From contig JBHLRS010000035.1 in NCBI GenBank assembly GCA_048882325.1, forward strand, positions 1 through 31,224: a stretch of 31,224 bases of DNA, read 5' to 3'. Position numbers and translations under genes: made by a program. This document shows, one piece after another, positions 27,447 through 31,224 of the stretch. Source of the DNA: Candidatus Thorarchaeota archaeon. Lineage in GTDB: Archaea; Asgardarchaeota; Thorarchaeia; Thorarchaeales; Thorarchaeaceae. The notes below the pieces were generated by a model. The model saw nothing but the letters and a program-made list of their open reading frames with translations. It had not been told where the DNA came from and did not search any database. Position 1 is the first letter of the stretch. Each line of letters begins with the position of its first letter.

Positions 27447-27770
27447 TTAGTCTTCTTCATAATCCGGTCTGAATTCGATGTAATTCCTTCTCTTTTTCTT
27501 CTTCTCCAAGCAGTCTTTGACCTCATCCACCTCAAAGTCCATCTCTTGTGTTGGTTCGTATGATTCCATGTCATCCATGGTTTCTTCCAACATTACTGTG
27601 GCTTGCTGCCGTAGTACATTGGCCTTGATCCGCTTCTTTGGTTTCGCAGAACTAGAGGTTTCGAGTATTTCGTATTCGGATTTTTCCATATGAAGGATAT
27701 CGTCGAGAATTTCCTTTGTTTCCTTCACACAATGGTCTCGTTTATGATGATATGACACAGTGACCGACAA
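27447..27770 (-). CDS. Hypothetical small, highly charged protein
   Basis: 107-aa ORF filling the gap between trmI and the wHTH gene on the same strand; start codon uncertain (TTG). Confidence 0.55.
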   Translation of the reverse strand: MSVTVSYHHKRDHCVKETKEILDDILHMEKSEYEILETSSSAKPKKRIKANVLRQQATVMLEETMDDMESYEPTQEMDFEVDEVKDCLEKKKKRRNYIEFRPDYEED

Positions 27771-27847
27771 CCGTCAACAATAATCAACAATCAACACTTA
27801 TTAAGTAAGTTTGTATATTTAAAGATTTGGCTTCAAATTCTAGACCA

Positions 27848-28630
27848 CTATTTACCATTAATCATAGTTCTAGCGAACGTGATGTAGCCGGTGTGAGCAA
27901 CCATCCAGGTAGTAGGTCGAGTCTTGTTCTCTCGCACCATGATTTCACGTTGCAGGACCTCAAGAGTCTTGATCATACCCCACTTTCCTCCCTCTCCGAG
28001 AGCCTTACATGTCTTCATGGTCTGCTCAATTGTTGGGCTGTAACTAGCAATGTATCGACTGGGTTTCAAAACTCGATGTGCTTCATCTGTGAGTTCCCAG
28101 GGTGTGGCTAAATCAAGGACCACTGCATCGAGGTTCTCCTCCCTTATCCCCTCTAGGATGTCTTGATTGTGCATAGTGATATTCTCAGTCAAGCCATACT
28201 TTTCCAAGTTCTTCCTAGCTCCATTATACATGTCTTCTCTGACTTCGTAAGTATATACATGACCAGAGGAACCGACAGCCCTCGAAAGAATGCCTGTCAG
28301 CGCTCCTGAACCTGTACCAGATTCGACCACTCTCATCCCTGCTCCAATGCCAGCTTCCACGAGGATTGTACCTGCATCCTTCGGATAGACTATTTGCGTG
28401 TTCCTCCCCATGGCAATCTGAATGTCTGTAGGGCTTGGTCTGTGAATCTGGAATATTGTCCCTGAGTGACTCTCAATTCTGATACCGAATGGTTTGCCAA
28501 TGATGTCATTGAATTTGATTATGCCTCTATTAGAGTGGAACTCCTCTCCAGCAACCACCTTCCGAATCCAGTTACGTTTGGCATCTAGGAATATGAAGAC
28601 ATGACTGCCATCTTGAATCTGGTCTTGCAT
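27848..28630 (-). CDS. trmI: tRNA (adenine-N1)-methyltransferase TrmI (m1A57/58)
   Basis: R.TQIVYPKD, ESGTGSGALT, YEVRED, LDLATPW, YSPTIEQ, TRP...M.AHTGYI.FAR. Confidence 0.96.
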   Translation of the reverse strand: MQDQIQDGSHVFIFLDAKRNWIRKVVAGEEFHSNRGIIKFNDIIGKPFGIRIESHSGTIFQIHRPSPTDIQIAMGRNTQIVYPKDAGTILVEAGIGAGMRVVESGTGSGALTGILSRAVGSSGHVYTYEVREDMYNGARKNLEKYGLTENITMHNQDILEGIREENLDAVVLDLATPWELTDEAHRVLKPSRYIASYSPTIEQTMKTCKALGEGGKWGMIKTLEVLQREIMVRENKTRPTTWMVAHTGYITFARTMINGK

Positions 28631-28754
28631 AGAGTGTCACTGCTTAGCTTATGTTTTGAGTGTTGCTGACCATTGATTCTCGCGATTAATGGAATCGCGC
28701 GGAGCTACAAAGCTTTATCCGACGTCAAAAAGGAGTCGTAAGGAGGTTGCCCAC

Positions 28755-30929
28755 TTGAGAAAACCATCCACGCCAGATGAAGATGCTAGTCTAGTAGACA
28801 GACCAGTGGAGCTTCTACCAAAGTCCGCGCTTCCCTACCACCCACGGGTAGGTGACCCATTAGACCTGCTAGTTGACCTCAGCGTTGGGGTTGTGATGGG
28901 CCGTTCAGAGTCATTTCATAGGAAGTACCACACAGGAGGACTAGGAACCATTGGAGGTGTTTCAGAGTCCTCTGATGACATTCTCACCTCATTGATGGGA
29001 ATGCCTGTCAACCTAGATCTGATGAGCCCACATGTGATGTTTGTCGCTGGAAAGAGAGGGTCTGGAAAGAGCTATACACTGGGAATAATCACTGAGGAAC
29101 TTGCGCTTGCTATGGAACGCAGGGAGATCGAGGTAGCAGCTGTTGTTGTGGACACTGTAGATGTGTTCCGGCAGATGGTCGAACCCAATGAAGATCAGAG
29201 TGATCTGCTGAAGAAGTGGGATCTTGAGGCTAAGGGGTTCCAAGTGGCAGTCTACATCCCACGCAGGACCTATATCGGACTCCCAGATGAGGTCAAGAAG
29301 AAGGCCAGACTGTATCCATTGTCTATAGGTCCCCGTGAGCTCACGGTATCAGACTGGGGTTATGTTCTCGAGAAGGGAGGGTCCCTCAGCACGACCATGG
29401 AGAACCTCATAAGTGAGACTCTAGAGAGCGTTCGAAAGGGCTACACCTTGGACTCTGGTGAGAAGGTCACACTCAAGCGTGACTTCAGTATCAAGGACAT
29501 GATCAGATGCATCGAGACCAGCCCATCAATTGACGAGCTCTACAAACCCTCCACTCGAACAGCCCTTATCCAGCGCTTGAAACGAGCTGACAGACTAGGC
29601 GTGTTCAATCCTGGAGGGACGAGTGCTCAGGACCTCGCAGTGGCTGGACAGATCACGGTCATTGATGTTGCGCCTCTTGGTTCTGACGCGGAATCTGTCC
29701 TAGCTATATTGACGAACATGCTCTGCCGCCAAGTCCTGACCTACCGCATGGCTTGGACTGATGAAGGGACAAGTGCCAGAGAGGAATTGCCTCCCACATG
29801 GCTCATTATTGATGAGGCACACACATTGGTTCCTCGTTCGGGACATACACCTGCAAAGGATGCCATCATCGGATATGCAAAACTAGGACGCAGGTTTGGT
29901 TGTAGTCTTGTCCTCTGCACTCAACAACCATCAGCAGTATCAGATGATGCGATATCACAGGCTGACATTATTCTCTCCCATTCACTCTCACATGACAATG
30001 ACATCAAAGCTCTCCAACAGCGAGCTCCTGCAGTGATGCCTGAGCAGTTCCGTGACAAGGTATTCATCAGTAGTCTCCCACGCGGAGTTGCTCTCGCCTT
30101 TGACCAGAGCACAGAGAACAAACGTGGATTCATCATGCAAGTGCGACCACGCTTATCACAGCACGGTGGCACCGACAGACTCTCGGGACTGTTCGAGGCC
30201 GTGCGTCTGCTCATCCCTGAGGATATCGAAGAGGAAGAATTCGAACCAGAAGTGGTGGAAGAAGAACCAGAAGTCGTCATTGAAGAGCTAGAGGAGAAAC
30301 TTGTTGAGGATTCTCCAGATATTCCGCGACCTCCGTTGAAGCTCAGTAAAGAGGACTGGAAGGTTCTGGATGGCTGGATGAAGGACTATATCAAGACTCT
30401 GTTTGACCAACAGAAACAGGAGTATGACATCACAGATGAGCCTGCGCCTCGGGTTGAGGAACCACCACCGACACCGAAGTCGACGGATATGGAGTGGGAG
30501 CTTGAGCGAGTTCCTATCACTGAACTCGAAGTTGACCAGATCCGTATTCGGCGGTTTGGCCCGTTGTCAGCACTACTACTTGGGAAAGCTATGACCCGAC
30601 AGGTCCTCTACAGCCGGGCATCTCATGAGTTTCTTTTCAACTCGGAGAAAGACGTACGAGAGACCCTCTTGGTTGAGAGAGAGAACGTGGAACCACTCCA
30701 ACTGATTGAAGATGTGACATCTGCCCTTTTGACGACTGGCATGACACTTGACGAGCTGATCCATGAACATGACTTCACATTTGTTTGTTTCAGACAAGAC
30801 GGGCTCCGTGCTGCATTCACAGTGGGTGTCAGTGAAGACAAGGTTTCTGTCCCAATCGTTGTGATTGGTGGAAACAGAGGTGCTGTCAGTAAACTCGCAG
30901 GCATCATTAAGGCTGCTTTGCCCTCATAA
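28755..30929 (+). CDS. HerA/FtsK-superfamily (DUF87-like) ATPase with an acidic linker and an uncharacterised C-terminal domain
   Basis: Walker A HVMFVAGKRGSGKSYT, Walker B LIIDEAH, GRRFG arginine-finger region, TQQP. TTG 28755 follows an AGGAGGT SD-like sequence (ORF track start: 28689). Confidence 0.88.
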   Translation: MRKPSTPDEDASLVDRPVELLPKSALPYHPRVGDPLDLLVDLSVGVVMGRSESFHRKYHTGGLGTIGGVSESSDDILTSLMGMPVNLDLMSPHVMFVAGKRGSGKSYTLGIITEELALAMERREIEVAAVVVDTVDVFRQMVEPNEDQSDLLKKWDLEAKGFQVAVYIPRRTYIGLPDEVKKKARLYPLSIGPRELTVSDWGYVLEKGGSLSTTMENLISETLESVRKGYTLDSGEKVTLKRDFSIKDMIRCIETSPSIDELYKPSTRTALIQRLKRADRLGVFNPGGTSAQDLAVAGQITVIDVAPLGSDAESVLAILTNMLCRQVLTYRMAWTDEGTSAREELPPTWLIIDEAHTLVPRSGHTPAKDAIIGYAKLGRRFGCSLVLCTQQPSAVSDDAISQADIILSHSLSHDNDIKALQQRAPAVMPEQFRDKVFISSLPRGVALAFDQSTENKRGFIMQVRPRLSQHGGTDRLSGLFEAVRLLIPEDIEEEEFEPEVVEEEPEVVIEELEEKLVEDSPDIPRPPLKLSKEDWKVLDGWMKDYIKTLFDQQKQEYDITDEPAPRVEEPPPTPKSTDMEWELERVPITELEVDQIRIRRFGPLSALLLGKAMTRQVLYSRASHEFLFNSEKDVRETLLVERENVEPLQLIEDVTSALLTTGMTLDELIHEHDFTFVCFRQDGLRAAFTVGVSEDKVSVPIVVIGGNRGAVSKLAGIIKAALPS

Positions 30930-30997
30930 GGGGTGTTTTGCACCTAATGCTTGGGCTTATAAGGCTCTGACCGCAGTCCGGACATCGGTGCATGTAA

Positions 30998-31224
30998 ATG
31001 ACCAGGGAAGATATTCAACCACCCGTTAATCTAAAGATTGCCTCCATGACAGACTTGGCTCGGATGCTTGTGTCATGGTCACAGAGGGACCGACCGGCAA
31101 GCATGCTGTACTTTGAGCACAATGGCAAGCACATCTATGGAACCCTCATCTCAAACCATGGCTACTACCAGTACTATGGGATGCCACTCTGGGTTCATGC
31201 TGAGGGTGATGGCCCACCAGAGGG
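30998..31224 (+). CDS. Conserved archaeal hypothetical protein (partial, runs off the window)
   Basis: Open frame MTREDIQPPVNLKIASMTDLARMLVSWSQRDRPASMLYFEHNGKHIYGTLISNHGYYQYYGMPLWVHAEGDGPPE. The DLAR...YY..YG.P pattern recalls an uncharacterised TACK-type family. TATA-like CTTATAAG at 30956-30963. Confidence 0.7.
   Translation, partial: MTREDIQPPVNLKIASMTDLARMLVSWSQRDRPASMLYFEHNGKHIYGTLISNHGYYQYYGMPLWVHAEGDGPPE

Noticed and set aside
28689-28754. N-terminal extension of the HerA-like ORF, and similar extensions of moaE, atpC, atpK, UPF0182 and the 4-TM gene
   Set aside because: The extensions cover promoter-like or SD-like sequences or overlap neighbours; downstream starts fit better
27848-30929. 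HerA plus methyltransferase as an anti-phage defence system
   Set aside because: The methyltransferase is clearly housekeeping TrmI, it is divergently transcribed, and no nuclease or SIR2 effector is adjacent
1-31224. CRISPR arrays, tRNA/rRNA genes, IS elements, selenocysteine or pyrrolysine read-through
   Set aside because: Intergenic gaps are all short (under about 175 bp) with no repeat-spacer pattern or cloverleaf seen, no transposase or integrase ORF is present, and no gene appears truncated at an in-frame TGA/TAG. This was checked by eye only.

Overview
Archaeal chromosomal window, densely coding, with no mobile element, CRISPR array, rRNA or tRNA that I can see. The archaeal call rests on ApgM, TrmI, archaeal-type MoaA, A/V-type ATPase subunits and TATA/BRE-like promoters. 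Gene content and style suggest Asgard archaea, perhaps Thorarchaeia, but that is inference only. In order, the window holds: the 3' end of apgM; a nucleotide-sugar dehydrogenase; a tungstate-uptake plus molybdopterin-biosynthesis cluster (tupABC, moaA-moaE-moaC-moaB-moeA, without moaD or moeB); an Fe-S protein; a bacterial-type peptide deformylase with altered motifs; a UPF0182 membrane protein with a coiled-coil/SHOCT-like insert; a membrane-domain/NDP-sugar epimerase fusion; a GIY-YIG protein; an FGGY kinase convergent with a LarA-family protein; a split A/V-ATPase locus (C,K forward; E,H reverse; I forward; no A, B, D or F) next to two small membrane proteins; a 783-aa alpha-solenoid; a wHTH protein; trmI; a HerA-like ATPase with an unusual C-terminus; and the start of a conserved archaeal hypothetical. 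Two signals stand out. First, two copies of a 24-bp ModE-type box, one placed as for a repressor at tupA and one as for an activator at moaA. Second, the membrane/stator-only ATPase locus with candidate assembly factors. All family assignments come from motif recognition by eye; no database searches were run.
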